In this document: positions 27,484-35,912 of the stretch, piece by piece
How the letters are laid out: each line of letters starts with the position of its first letter
Numbering within the stretch: position 1 is the first letter of the stretch
NCBI GenBank assembly: GCA_036505055.1
Contig: DASXUE010000052.1
Span: forward strand, 1,239 to 65,238
Length of the DNA stretch: 64,000 nt
From: Gemmatimonadales bacterium
GTDB lineage: Bacteria > Gemmatimonadota > Gemmatimonadetes > Gemmatimonadales > GWC2-71-9
Reading direction: 5' to 3'
Made by a program: the position numbers and the translations under genes
The notes under the pieces: generated by a model
The model's input: the letters and a program-made list of their open reading frames with translations, nothing else
Told to the model about the DNA's origin: nothing
Databases searched by the model: none

Positions 27484-30354
27484 TTATCGCTCCGTGGTGC
27501 TGATGCCGCCGCCGGGGAGCGCCCGCAGCGATTGCACGATCCGTGAGACGGCGTCTCGCAAGGCGTCCACTCCCTCCACGCCCTTGAGCCGGGCGAGCAC
27601 GCCTTCGAGCTGGTCCAGGCAGGCGGTCACGCGCCCTCGTTCGAGTAACGTAAGCGCCAGGTTCACCTTGAGAGCAAGCCACTTGGCATCCTCGTTCGTT
27701 AGGGCGCCACCAGCTGCGAGCTGCTCCACGAGCACCGCGGCGTCCGCCAGTGCTTGCGCGGGGGTGGCCACGGTGACCGTCGTCGCCGCCGTGTCGACCA
27801 GGCCGCGCACGTCGGTCACGACCAGGCGAACGGCATAGGTGCCGGCCTGCATGTACGTGTGCGTCACGGCGACGCCCGCTCCCGTCGCGCCGTCGCCGAA
27901 TGTCCAGGCGTAGCTGAGCACATCGCCGTCCGGATCAGCGGAGCCCGCGGCGCTCATCGTGACCGCCAAGTGCGGGAGCGAGGCATAGGGGCCATCGGTC
28001 GCGGCGGTCGGCGGCGCGGTATTGCTCTCCACCGCGATCTCGATTTGGTCGGGCAGCAGGGCAAGGAGGTCGTAGCCACTCAACGCCTCGATCGCATCGA
28101 CGGTGGTCTTGTACGTCTCCCACGCAACGTTCCTCACGCCGGGCTCGTTCGGCATGTTCACCGCAATCACCTCGAGGTCCCGGTAATCGACTATGCTCGC
28201 GAGACCGTGATCGTGCGGCAGAATCACTGCGACCTTCCACGTGCTGTTGGGGATGACGATCTTGCCCTCGTTCTTAATCGTTCCTTTGTTACCGGCGACG
28301 CCAGCGATGATGTATACCTCACGATTCTGGAAGCGCACGAGATCGCCGAGGAAGTTCTCGAGCGTGGCCCACGGCCCCTGGTTCAGGTCGGCGGCTTGGG
28401 GAACGATGTTCGTGAAGTAGAATGTGAACGCGTTGTCCAAGCTCGCGGAGGTGCGGTCGAACGAACGCGCGAGGTGTCCCCGGTCGATGCCGAAGCCGTG
28501 GAACGCGCCGGCGCCCGTGTAGTCGGCGGTGGTATAGTGCGTAAATGCAGCCGGCAGCGCCGGATCGAACGTGAAGCAATCGCAGCGGTCTTCGGGGCCG
28601 AAATGCGTCGGGTCGAGGTCGTAGCTCACCCAATTGGGCGTCCCGCGGTTGTGGTTGTAGGACGCCGTGTACTGCGCGTGCCGCACGATGAAGTCGTCGC
28701 TCGGATCCCCATCGGTCGGCTCGCCGAACTCCGTGTTCCCGGCGTACAGCGCGGTCGTGCTCGCTACCGCGACGCGGGTCGGCAGCGTGAAGGTCCGCGT
28801 CGTGCCCTCGGCGGCCGTGGCGCGCACGATGGCACTGCCCTCCTGCAGCGCCGTCATCACCCCGTTCTGGTCGATGTCTGCGACGGCGGGCGTCTCGGAC
28901 GACCAGGCGAACGTCGTCGGAACGGCGTTCCCACTCCCGTCCAGCAACGTGGCGAACAGCTGATCCTGGAAACCGACGGGCAACGCCGGGTCGCTCGGGT
29001 TCCGGCCGGTGAAGAGGATGGTGTTGGCGGGTGGGGACGGCTTCACGTTGCACGCCCCGAAGCTCGCCGTCACCGGCCCGTACCACCCGCTCGCGTCCTT
29101 CTGGAGCGAGCGGCCCACGGGCTCCGAGCCGGTCTCGGCCACGCCGATGTCGGTCGAGACCATCCCGCTGGCGGGGCCGTTCGTCGCGGTGAACGTGCCC
29201 TCGTACGACAGGAACTCCACCACGGTCGTGCCATTGACGAGCGCGAGGCCGTCGGGACTGCCGTTTTGGATTCCCAGGGCCGGCACGGACGTCACCCCGC
29301 GACCGTCGCACTGATCCGTGAGCGTCTCGGACAGCGCGAGTGTCCCGTAGGTGACGCCGCCGTTACCGTTGTAGAGCACGATGCTCCAGCCCGCGAGATC
29401 GAGCCCCGCCGGGCCCTCGACTTCGACGGTCTCCCCGACGTCGGCGCCGCCGTTGTCGTAATGAATCTCGACGATGTTGACATCCCCCGAGGGCGGGGGC
29501 GGCGGGGTCTCATCGACATGCAACTCCGCCGTGTCGGCCACGCCGTTCGGCGCCGCCGCGATGACCCCCACGTCGCCCGGCGCCAGGCCCGTCGCGAGGC
29601 CGCTCGCATTCACGCTCGCGATCGATGCGTCGGTCACCGTCCAGGTGAACCCCACGCCGCCGATCGGCAGATGCGCGGCGTCGAATGCGGCGGCGGTGAA
29701 GGTCTGCGTTCCGCCCTGCACGATGGTCGCCGCCCCGGGCGAAACCGCGACGCTCGCTACCGCCGGCGGCTCGTCGTTGTCGTTGCAGAGAGCGAAACTG
29801 TTCGCAGTCGGTCCGCTCCAGACATTCGACCCGCTGCGCTGCAGCGACTGCCCGAGGGGCTCGGTTCCGGCCTCAGCGGCGCCGATGTCCGTCGAGGTCA
29901 GGCCGCTGGCGGGACCGCCGACGGCCACGAAGGTTCCTTCGTACGAGAGAAACTCCACCACGCCGCTGACGGGCCTGACGAGCGCGACGCCGTCCGGGCT
30001 CCCATTCTGGATGCCGTTGACGGGATAGTTGATCACCACGACGCCGCGAGGATCGCACGTCGCGGGGATCAAGCCGCTCAGGGTGGTCGTCGTGTACAGG
30101 GCGCCGCCGCTGCCGTTGTACAGCACGAGCTGCCAGCCCGTGAGATCGGTGCCCGCGGGGCCCGATACCTCGATGGCCTCTCCGGCGTCGATGCCCGTGT
30201 TATCGTAATGGATCTCGCTGATCCGGACCGCCGGCAGACCGGCGGCGACGTCGCCTTGGAGGGCGAACGGACGCGGGGCGGTGCCCTTGCCTGGCTCGCA
30301 GGAGAGAACGGCGACGAAGATGGCGAGTGTCGTGATCGTGCGGCGGCGAGTCAT
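27484..30354 (-). CDS. Secreted multidomain DNA/RNA non-specific endonuclease (LTD-Big2-LTD-Big-nuclease-PKD)
   Basis: Lipoprotein signal. Two lamin-tail-like repeats (ISEIHYDN..LTGWQLVLYNG and IVEIHYDN..LAGWSIVLYNG). Endonuclease_NS active-site block GIDRGHLA plus NIVPQAADLNQGPW. PKD-like DPDGDVLSYAWTFGDG. Confidence 0.85.
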   Translation of the reverse strand: MTRRRTITTLAIFVAVLSCEPGKGTAPRPFALQGDVAAGLPAVRISEIHYDNTGIDAGEAIEVSGPAGTDLTGWQLVLYNGSGGALYTTTTLSGLIPATCDPRGVVVINYPVNGIQNGSPDGVALVRPVSGVVEFLSYEGTFVAVGGPASGLTSTDIGAAEAGTEPLGQSLQRSGSNVWSGPTANSFALCNDNDEPPAVASVAVSPGAATIVQGGTQTFTAAAFDAAHLPIGGVGFTWTVTDASIASVNASGLATGLAPGDVGVIAAAPNGVADTAELHVDETPPPPPSGDVNIVEIHYDNGGADVGETVEVEGPAGLDLAGWSIVLYNGNGGVTYGTLALSETLTDQCDGRGVTSVPALGIQNGSPDGLALVNGTTVVEFLSYEGTFTATNGPASGMVSTDIGVAETGSEPVGRSLQKDASGWYGPVTASFGACNVKPSPPANTILFTGRNPSDPALPVGFQDQLFATLLDGSGNAVPTTFAWSSETPAVADIDQNGVMTALQEGSAIVRATAAEGTTRTFTLPTRVAVASTTALYAGNTEFGEPTDGDPSDDFIVRHAQYTASYNHNRGTPNWVSYDLDPTHFGPEDRCDCFTFDPALPAAFTHYTTADYTGAGAFHGFGIDRGHLARSFDRTSASLDNAFTFYFTNIVPQAADLNQGPWATLENFLGDLVRFQNREVYIIAGVAGNKGTIKNEGKIVIPNSTWKVAVILPHDHGLASIVDYRDLEVIAVNMPNEPGVRNVAWETYKTTVDAIEALSGYDLLALLPDQIEIAVESNTAPPTAATDGPYASLPHLAVTMSAAGSADPDGDVLSYAWTFGDGATGAGVAVTHTYMQAGTYAVRLVVTDVRGLVDTAATTVTVATPAQALADAAVLVEQLAAGGALTNEDAKWLALKVNLALTLLERGRVTACLDQLEGVLARLKGVEGVDALRDAVSRIVQSLRALPGGGISTTER

Positions 30355-30435
30355 TCAAGCTCCGAAGCGAAGGGTCCGATGAGCGTGCGCGCCACGAAGA
30401 TACGAACGGCTCGGCCGGTCCGCGACCCGGTGCCA

Positions 30436-30451
30436 TGTGACGCGCGTCACG
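30436..30451. promoter_or_regulatory. CRP/FNR-type operator candidate TGTGA-N6-TCAC
   Basis: tGTGACGCGCGTCACg. Positions 30437..30450 form a perfect 14-bp palindrome in the 163-bp divergent intergenic region between the nuclease and lipoprotein genes. Confidence 0.4.
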
Positions 30452-30517
30452 CGCGCCGGTAACATCCGGGAGCCGTCGGGGTCTTCAGGAATGCAACTCC
30501 TCCGAAAGGAGTCGACG

Positions 30518-30913
30518 ATGAAAACCATGATGCTGGTCGCCGCCAGCGCGCTGAGCCTCGCGGGCTGCGCGGGAGGATTCACCAGCGCCACCGTCGTCTA
30601 CGGTGAGCCTGCCGAATATGTGTACGTCGTGCCGGTCGATCGAGTCGTCGTGGTCACGCGCGAAGTGCTCGTGAGCCGCGGCTGGGTCGTCTATCGCGTG
30701 GAGCGCTCGGGTCCCAACCGGATCATCTGGGCCCGGCGCGGGAACGATGAAATCGTGCGCATCTTTGCGACCCCGCAGGGGCAGCGCGTGGTCGTGCGCG
30801 GCCTGTGGGAAGCGCGCGAGCGGCACGATCGCGGCAAGCACAAGGGATGGCAGAAACGCGGCCCACCGCGGGAGATCATCGCGGACATCGACGTCCGTCT
30901 GCGGGCCCGCTAA
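30518..30913 (+). CDS. Small lipoprotein, function unknown
   Basis: AAGGAG 6 nt upstream of the ATG. MKTMMLVAASALSLAGC lipobox. 131 aa. Confidence 0.75.
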   Translation: MKTMMLVAASALSLAGCAGGFTSATVVYGEPAEYVYVVPVDRVVVVTREVLVSRGWVVYRVERSGPNRIIWARRGNDEIVRIFATPQGQRVVVRGLWEARERHDRGKHKGWQKRGPPREIIADIDVRLRAR

Positions 30914-30936
30914 GGCAGCGGAGGTCTGGTCTGGTC

Positions 30937-30976
30937 CCGACCCCCTGGGCGATCGCTCAGGGGGTCGGTGCGTTTA
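30937..30976 (+). terminator. Intrinsic terminator-like hairpin
   Basis: Perfect 11-bp stem CCGACCCCCTG/CAGGGGGTCGG (30937-30947 / 30958-30968) with a 10-nt loop, followed by TGCGTTTA. Lies between the lipoprotein gene and the convergent tRNA. The U-tract is weak. Confidence 0.55.
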
Positions 30977-30985
30977 GCAGCGCGA

Positions 30986-31058
30986 TGGAGCGGAAGGGAT
31001 TCGAACCCTCGACCCCCTGGTTGCAAACCAGGTGCTCTCCCAGCTGAGCTACCGCCCC
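30986..31058 (-). tRNA. tRNA-Ala (anticodon UGC)
   Basis: Minus strand reads GGGGCGGTAGCTCAGCTGGGAGAGCACCTGGTTTGCAACCAGGGGGTCGAGGGTTCGAATCCCTTCCGCTCCA. 7-bp acceptor stem with the G3:U70 Ala identity pair, anticodon loop TTTGCAA, T-loop TTCGAAT. CCA is not encoded. Confidence 0.92.
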
Positions 31059-31248
31059 GCGCTCACGCTCCCCGAAGCCCAAACCTAATACCGGTGAGGA
31101 ATCGGTGCGACGACGCGCGCCGACATGCTGCAGTTTGGTGCAGCGGCGGCGTCGCCTCCCCGTGTCGCCCCGCCGCGCTCCTGGCCTGACCCTTGCCTGA
31201 TTGAGAGCGATCGAGATGTCGCGCTCACTCCACACACAGGGTCGGATC

Positions 31249-32388
31249 ATGAACGTGCCACGCCTCCTCGCCGTCGCGCTGCTCGTCGCGGGCTGCAGCG
31301 ACGCGGTCAGTCCCCACCAGCACGGCCTCCACAGACCGTCGTTCGCCGCCACGGCCGGGTCGGGGATCACCCTCGACCAGGCAAACGGCGCGTTCGAGTC
31401 GGACCCATGGGGCGCGAACGGCACGCACATCGGCAAGGGGTTCAACCCGCGGAACCCCCACGTGGGCGACGCAATCGTTGCCACCTTCTTCTGGCATGGC
31501 TCGACGAATACGATCGTCCAAGTGACCGATCACTTGAGCGACGCGGCGCAGACCCCCGTCGGTAACACCTACACGCTGGTCGAGTACGTCACCGCCGGCG
31601 GCCTCTCGATGGCCACGTACGTCGCGACCAACGTGCAGGGCTTCTCCGACGCCGATACGACCAGCGGCAAGATCCTCGCCGTGCATGCGATCTTCTCAGA
31701 CCACGTGACGGGCGGCGTCAAGATCTCCGCGTGGAGCGGCGTGAACGCGGTGACGGCGCAGGCCCTGGCCGCCCACCGCTCGGCGGCCGGCGCCGGCGCA
31801 GGGATCACCCCGGGCGGTCCCGGCTCGATCCCGCTCGACGCAGGCTCGCTCGCCTACGCCGTGACGATGAGCAACGGCCACGCCGGCTTCGACCGGCCGT
31901 CAGACTTCACCCAGATCGGCACTGGGGGCGACACGTCGATTGTCGAAGATGGGGAGTACGCGGCTCCGGGCGACGGAGCGCCGGTCGATCCGCGATGGAC
32001 CTGGTACTTCAGCGACGGCTCGCAGAGCACGTGGCTCGCGACCGCGTTCGCGCTCAACCCCGCCACCGAACACCTCGTGTTCACGACGCAACCCACCAAC
32101 ACCCTGCCGCTCATGGCGATCAGGCCGCCGGTGCAAGTGATGGTGATGGACGACCAGGGGACCACGCTCACGAGCTTCACGGGCTCGGTGACGATCGCGA
32201 TCGGACGCAACGGCGGGATGCTGATGCGGGGAACGCTCTCGGGCACGAAGACCGTGGCGGCGGTGAACGGGGTGGCAACCTTCTCGGATCTGAGCATCGA
32301 CCAACCCGGCAGCGGCTACACGCTCACGGTCGCGGGTCCGGGGGTGGCGGGCTCGGAGAGCGCGCCGTTCACTATCGGCGGCTTATAG
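31249..32388 (+). CDS. Hypothetical lipoprotein with C-terminal Ig-like domain
   Basis: MNVPRLLAVALLVAGC lipobox. The C-terminal segment VQVMVMDDQGTT..AVNGVATFSDLSIDQPGSGYTLTV resembles Ig-like surface domains. An ATG at 31216 or TTG at 31201 are alternative starts. Confidence 0.65.
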   Translation: MNVPRLLAVALLVAGCSDAVSPHQHGLHRPSFAATAGSGITLDQANGAFESDPWGANGTHIGKGFNPRNPHVGDAIVATFFWHGSTNTIVQVTDHLSDAAQTPVGNTYTLVEYVTAGGLSMATYVATNVQGFSDADTTSGKILAVHAIFSDHVTGGVKISAWSGVNAVTAQALAAHRSAAGAGAGITPGGPGSIPLDAGSLAYAVTMSNGHAGFDRPSDFTQIGTGGDTSIVEDGEYAAPGDGAPVDPRWTWYFSDGSQSTWLATAFALNPATEHLVFTTQPTNTLPLMAIRPPVQVMVMDDQGTTLTSFTGSVTIAIGRNGGMLMRGTLSGTKTVAAVNGVATFSDLSIDQPGSGYTLTVAGPGVAGSESAPFTIGGL

Positions 32389-33627
32389 CGCGGGCCGGAG
32401 CTCGAGGTAGGCCAGCACGCCCACGGGCGTCCGGCTCCCGTAGAACAGCTCCAACTCCGCGGGCACGAATCGCATCGTCCCGCGCAGGCCGATGACGGCC
32501 TCCATACGGGCACGGGTCGCGACCCTGCGGGCGTAGCCCGCCGCGACGGCGCCGATGTCGACCTCCTCGGGGATCGACCCGGTGAGCGCCAGATCTTCGG
32601 CCGTCCGCCGCACGTACTCGGCGCGGGCAAACACCGCATTCGCGCGGTCGAGCTCGAGCGTACTCTCGACGAGCAACGAGTTCAACGGGTGCGACGCGCC
32701 GTCCCGCAGGTCGGCGCCGTACACGAACGCGCTGGACCATTCCCCCCGTCCCACCGGCCTGCTGTGGAGCACCGAAGCGCCGAAGCGATCGAGCGCCCCG
32801 TGCGAATGGGCGCCGCCCACTGCCGCGAGATGTCCGACCCACGTCGCGATGCTCCAATGCGCCGATGGGTTGACGCTGATCCGCCCCGTGTAAGAGTTCA
32901 GTGCGATGGGGTCGACGTCGGTCCACACGTCGTCACCGTGCGCGCCGTTGAAGGCGGATCCCTCGATCTTCACGCGCCGCGTGGAGGCCCCTACGGTCAC
33001 GACGCCATTGCTGATGTGTGTGAGGTCCTGCAGATGATGACCCAGCGGGGCGGTCGGGTCGTAGGCAGCCGAGGGGCGGTGCGAATACGCGACGGGCCCG
33101 AGGGCTGGCTCCCCGATCGCCGCGGCGTAGAGCGACAGCGCGACGCCGCCGCCAATCGGCCGATTGTAGGTGACCGCGGCCTCCGCCAGGAGGTCGTGCG
33201 GGTGCTGTCGGTCCGAAACCGTCACGCCGCGATAGAGGACCGCGACCTGGAGCAGCTCCGGGTACCCGCGACCGGTGAGGGTGAAGGGTTCGGCGCTCCC
33301 CATGGCGCGCAATCCCACCACGCCGCCCGCCAGCGAGTGTGTCGCGACGGCCATGAGCCAGTTGACGCTGCCGAGCTGGTGGGCGTCACGCGTCCCGAAC
33401 TCGCGCACGTACTGAACGAAGGCGGCGCCGTGCACCATCAGCTCCCATCCGCCGAGCCTGGCGTGCAGGGCGCGCATGGGCGCCGCCGCGGGGAGCCATG
33501 CCGTGCCCGAGGCCATCGGCGGCGCAGAGGCGGACGTATCCGCGGGCGCGCCGTGCACGTGCTGCCCGTGCGCCGGCCGTGTCGCGCCGAGGCTCAGGGC
33601 GACGCTCGTCGCTAGGAGGAAACGCAA
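32383..33627 (-). CDS. Hypothetical outer-membrane beta-barrel-like protein, His-rich N-terminus
   Basis: TTG at 33627 lies 4 nt after the upstream stop and gives the signal peptide M-RFLLATSVALSLGATRPAHG. The track start (TTG at 33702) would overlap the upstream gene by 71 nt. The terminal Leu is preceded by alternating strands. Confidence 0.6.
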   Translation of the reverse strand: MRFLLATSVALSLGATRPAHGQHVHGAPADTSASAPPMASGTAWLPAAAPMRALHARLGGWELMVHGAAFVQYVREFGTRDAHQLGSVNWLMAVATHSLAGGVVGLRAMGSAEPFTLTGRGYPELLQVAVLYRGVTVSDRQHPHDLLAEAAVTYNRPIGGGVALSLYAAAIGEPALGPVAYSHRPSAAYDPTAPLGHHLQDLTHISNGVVTVGASTRRVKIEGSAFNGAHGDDVWTDVDPIALNSYTGRISVNPSAHWSIATWVGHLAAVGGAHSHGALDRFGASVLHSRPVGRGEWSSAFVYGADLRDGASHPLNSLLVESTLELDRANAVFARAEYVRRTAEDLALTGSIPEEVDIGAVAAGYARRVATRARMEAVIGLRGTMRFVPAELELFYGSRTPVGVLAYLELRPAL

Positions 33628-33631
33628 CGAC

Positions 33632-34069
33632 CTATGGTGGAAACGAGTGAACCAGGACGCCGAAACCGCAGTACGAGTCCGCCTCCGTCGTGTCGGCGCC
33701 AACGAAGAGTGAGACGCATAGGTGACCGGAGGTGCCTGCCGTGGCCGTGGGGGTGACGTCCCGCATCAACGGCTCCCCGTCGACCGGGAAGGACACGGCG
33801 AGGGACCCGGGGCTGAAGGCGAACTCGGCACGCTTACCGCCGGCGGACATGGGGCTGCCGTCAGGGGCAAACAGGCCTACGGTGATGCGGGTGGTCTCCG
33901 CCGTCACCAGGGCCAGGTGGGCCGTAATGTCGGTGCCGTGAGTGTCGAACAGGCGCACCGACGCCGCGCCACCACCACCCCCGCCGCCCCCGCCGCCCCC
34001 GCCCGGATCGCCGATCGATCCGTTCCCGCCGCAAGCTACGAGGAGCGCGAGACCAATCGCCCGGCGCAT
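33632..34069 (-). CDS. Small lipoprotein with a 12-residue poly-Gly linker
   Basis: ATG at 34069 gives MRRAIGLALLVACGG (lipobox), then G12, then a roughly 100-aa beta-rich domain. Confidence 0.6.
   Translation of the reverse strand: MRRAIGLALLVACGGNGSIGDPGGGGGGGGGGGGAASVRLFDTHGTDITAHLALVTAETTRITVGLFAPDGSPMSAGGKRAEFAFSPGSLAVSFPVDGEPLMRDVTPTATAGTSGHLCVSLFVGADTTEADSYCGFGVLVHSFPP
33968..34003 (-). repeat. 36-nt Gly-codon tract with roughly 9-bp periodicity
   Basis: Minus strand reads GGC GGG GGC GGC GGG GGC GGC GGG GGT GGT GGT GGC. The unit GGCGGGGGC is repeated in frame. Confidence 0.8.
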
Positions 34070-34080
34070 CGTCGGACCCG

Positions 34081-34638
34081 CTAGCGCCGCCCCACGGGGA
34101 AGACCACGCCCGCGGTGAGCGGAATGAAGGCGGTGCTCTTCGGCGTCGCCACCGAGATGTAACGGGCGACGAGGAACCAACGCCGGCCGCCGCCGTCCGG
34201 CCCTCCCCCCACGAGCACACCCGCGCCGGCGTCGAACGCGGATTTCGTCGCGGCGGCGGCGCCGAATCCGGGCACATCGATGTTCACGCGCACAGCCCCG
34301 ACACCGGCCAGAACGAATGGGCGCACCCGTCGTGTTTCCGAACCCAGGTGCAGCACCAGGTTGGCGATGGCCCCGCCCAGCGTGCTCGTCCCCTCGACGC
34401 CGCCGTCGTGCCCGGTCTGGCCGTATACGCCGTCGATGCTGAACGGAACGCCCTTGAGTTTCCCCTGGGCGGTGAACAGGAGGTGCCACCCCGCCTTGTC
34501 GACATCCCCGAAGCTCCCGGAGGGAGAGACGAGCCCCGCACCGGCACCGACGTACTTCACCGGGCCCCACCCCTGCCCGCACAGTGACGCGGGCGCGAGG
34601 GCGAGCGCTACGAGCGAGAGCGTTCGATTCATGGGCAT
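34081..34638 (-). CDS. Outer-membrane beta-barrel protein (OmpW/OmpA-barrel-like)
   Basis: 185 aa. Signal peptide MPMNRTLSLVALALAPASLCGQ and alternating Gly/hydrophobic strands. Starts 4 nt after the M8 stop. Confidence 0.65.
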   Translation of the reverse strand: MPMNRTLSLVALALAPASLCGQGWGPVKYVGAGAGLVSPSGSFGDVDKAGWHLLFTAQGKLKGVPFSIDGVYGQTGHDGGVEGTSTLGGAIANLVLHLGSETRRVRPFVLAGVGAVRVNIDVPGFGAAAATKSAFDAGAGVLVGGGPDGGGRRWFLVARYISVATPKSTAFIPLTAGVVFPVGRR

Positions 34639-34642
34639 GGCC

Positions 34643-35893
34643 TTAGGGCCGCCACACGAGGGTCAGCCGTCCCCGCCCGTCCACGGCGTAGATGGGCATC
34701 CGCAGAATGTCGTCGCCGAGAGCGATCCTCCCTGCGGTTGGGGTGGCGCCTGCGGCGGGAGGTGCCTGAGCCGCGCCGAACGAGACCGTGAACGAGTCCG
34801 CCGCGGCGTAGTTGGTGAGGTACCCTTCGTCCCTTAGAGAAGCGATGGTCACCGCGCTCAGGGGGTTCGGCCCGTTCGCGTTGAGGAACCCGGTCATCAG
34901 CTCGCTGGTCGTAACGCCCGGCGCAAGCGGATGCGTAAAAGCCGTCTCGCGCCAATGCGAGTCTCGGGTACCTGGCCCGCAGCAGTTCTCGACCGGCACC
35001 TTGCCGCCCCCGGTATACGACGCTCCACCGATACGGTCGAACGTCGCCCGCGCATTGGCCCCGCTGAAATACGGGTCGCCGCCGCCCGCCCCCACCAGCA
35101 CGTTGAGGAAGCCCGATCCCCAGATTGTGCCGAATCCCAAGACATGCCCCATCTCGTGCATGATCACTTCGTCGAATAGCCCCAGGGACTCGAGGTTCGC
35201 CACGTCGGCCGTGTCGAAGACCATGACACCCACGACGGGCAACTTCCCGGTCGACCGGAAGATGCAGAAGCCGGCGAATCCGAGAATCGCGCCGGGTCCG
35301 TCGATGGAGTCCAGGTCGGCAAGGATGCGCAGGTCGTCGACCGTCGTGTTGTCGACGCTGGCCCCGAACCCGGCGCACGCCCCCGGCGGGACGCCGGTCA
35401 AGAAGGCGTCAGGAACGTCGCCGTAAATCAAGCGCTGCCATCGCGCTGCGGCAGTATCGAAAACGGCCTGCCGCGTCGGTGAGACGGCCGTCATGAACGA
35501 CACGGCAATGTTATACGCCGGCGCGACGCCGTTGGCCGAGAAGGTCACGGGCGGAACACGAAACGGCGCTGGGATCGTGGCGGTGACTTGGTTCGCCCCC
35601 AACCCGACCGACCAGGCGCCCACCGTCGCGACGCCGTTGGTCCCCGTGGTAGCGACCCCGCTGACGCTGCCGCCGCCGACCGTCGTCGCGAACGTGATGT
35701 CGACGCCCACCATCGGCTTGCCGTCGGAATCGAGCAGCTGCACCGCCGGGAGGTCGTTCACGCTGTAGCCGATGAGTCCGGGTTGACTAGTCGGCGATCG
35801 GGTGACGAGCTCGGCGGGCCAGCCGTCGAGCGCGTCGGGGCTGCTGCACGCGGCCGCCAGCACCACGACGGCCAGGACCCTGACAGGAGACAT
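34643..35893 (-). CDS. Leishmanolysin-like (M8) zinc metalloprotease lipoprotein
   Basis: ATG at 35893 gives MSPVRVLAVVVLAAAC. N-terminal Ig-like domain. Zinc site VIMHEMGHVLGFG. Downstream Cys-rich segment (ENCCGPG..SHW). Confidence 0.75.
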   Translation of the reverse strand: MSPVRVLAVVVLAAACSSPDALDGWPAELVTRSPTSQPGLIGYSVNDLPAVQLLDSDGKPMVGVDITFATTVGGGSVSGVATTGTNGVATVGAWSVGLGANQVTATIPAPFRVPPVTFSANGVAPAYNIAVSFMTAVSPTRQAVFDTAAARWQRLIYGDVPDAFLTGVPPGACAGFGASVDNTTVDDLRILADLDSIDGPGAILGFAGFCIFRSTGKLPVVGVMVFDTADVANLESLGLFDEVIMHEMGHVLGFGTIWGSGFLNVLVGAGGGDPYFSGANARATFDRIGGASYTGGGKVPVENCCGPGTRDSHWRETAFTHPLAPGVTTSELMTGFLNANGPNPLSAVTIASLRDEGYLTNYAAADSFTVSFGAAQAPPAAGATPTAGRIALGDDILRMPIYAVDGRGRLTLVWRP

Positions 35894-35912
35894 GCGGATA
35901 ACGCTAGGGCCG

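Noticed and set aside
27754-30462. Very long alternative-frame or antisense ORFs. Examples: 27754..30462 (+), 41441..43879 (+), 8874..11108 (+), 23793..25892 (+), 36162..37628 (+), 59555..61963 (-), 6392..7549 (-), 1355..3040 (-), 14481..15932 (+), 16581..18080 (+)
   Set aside because: High GC suppresses stop codons in all frames. These ORFs are Arg/Gly/Pro/Asp/His-rich with no recognisable motifs. Each is fully shadowed by an ORF with clear family signatures and G/C-biased third positions.
27484-32388. Genomic island or integrated element next to tRNA-Ala
   Set aside because: No integrase, recombinase or transposase-like ORF flanks the tRNA, and I noticed no repeat of the tRNA 3' end. The neighbouring genes have the same composition as the rest of the window.
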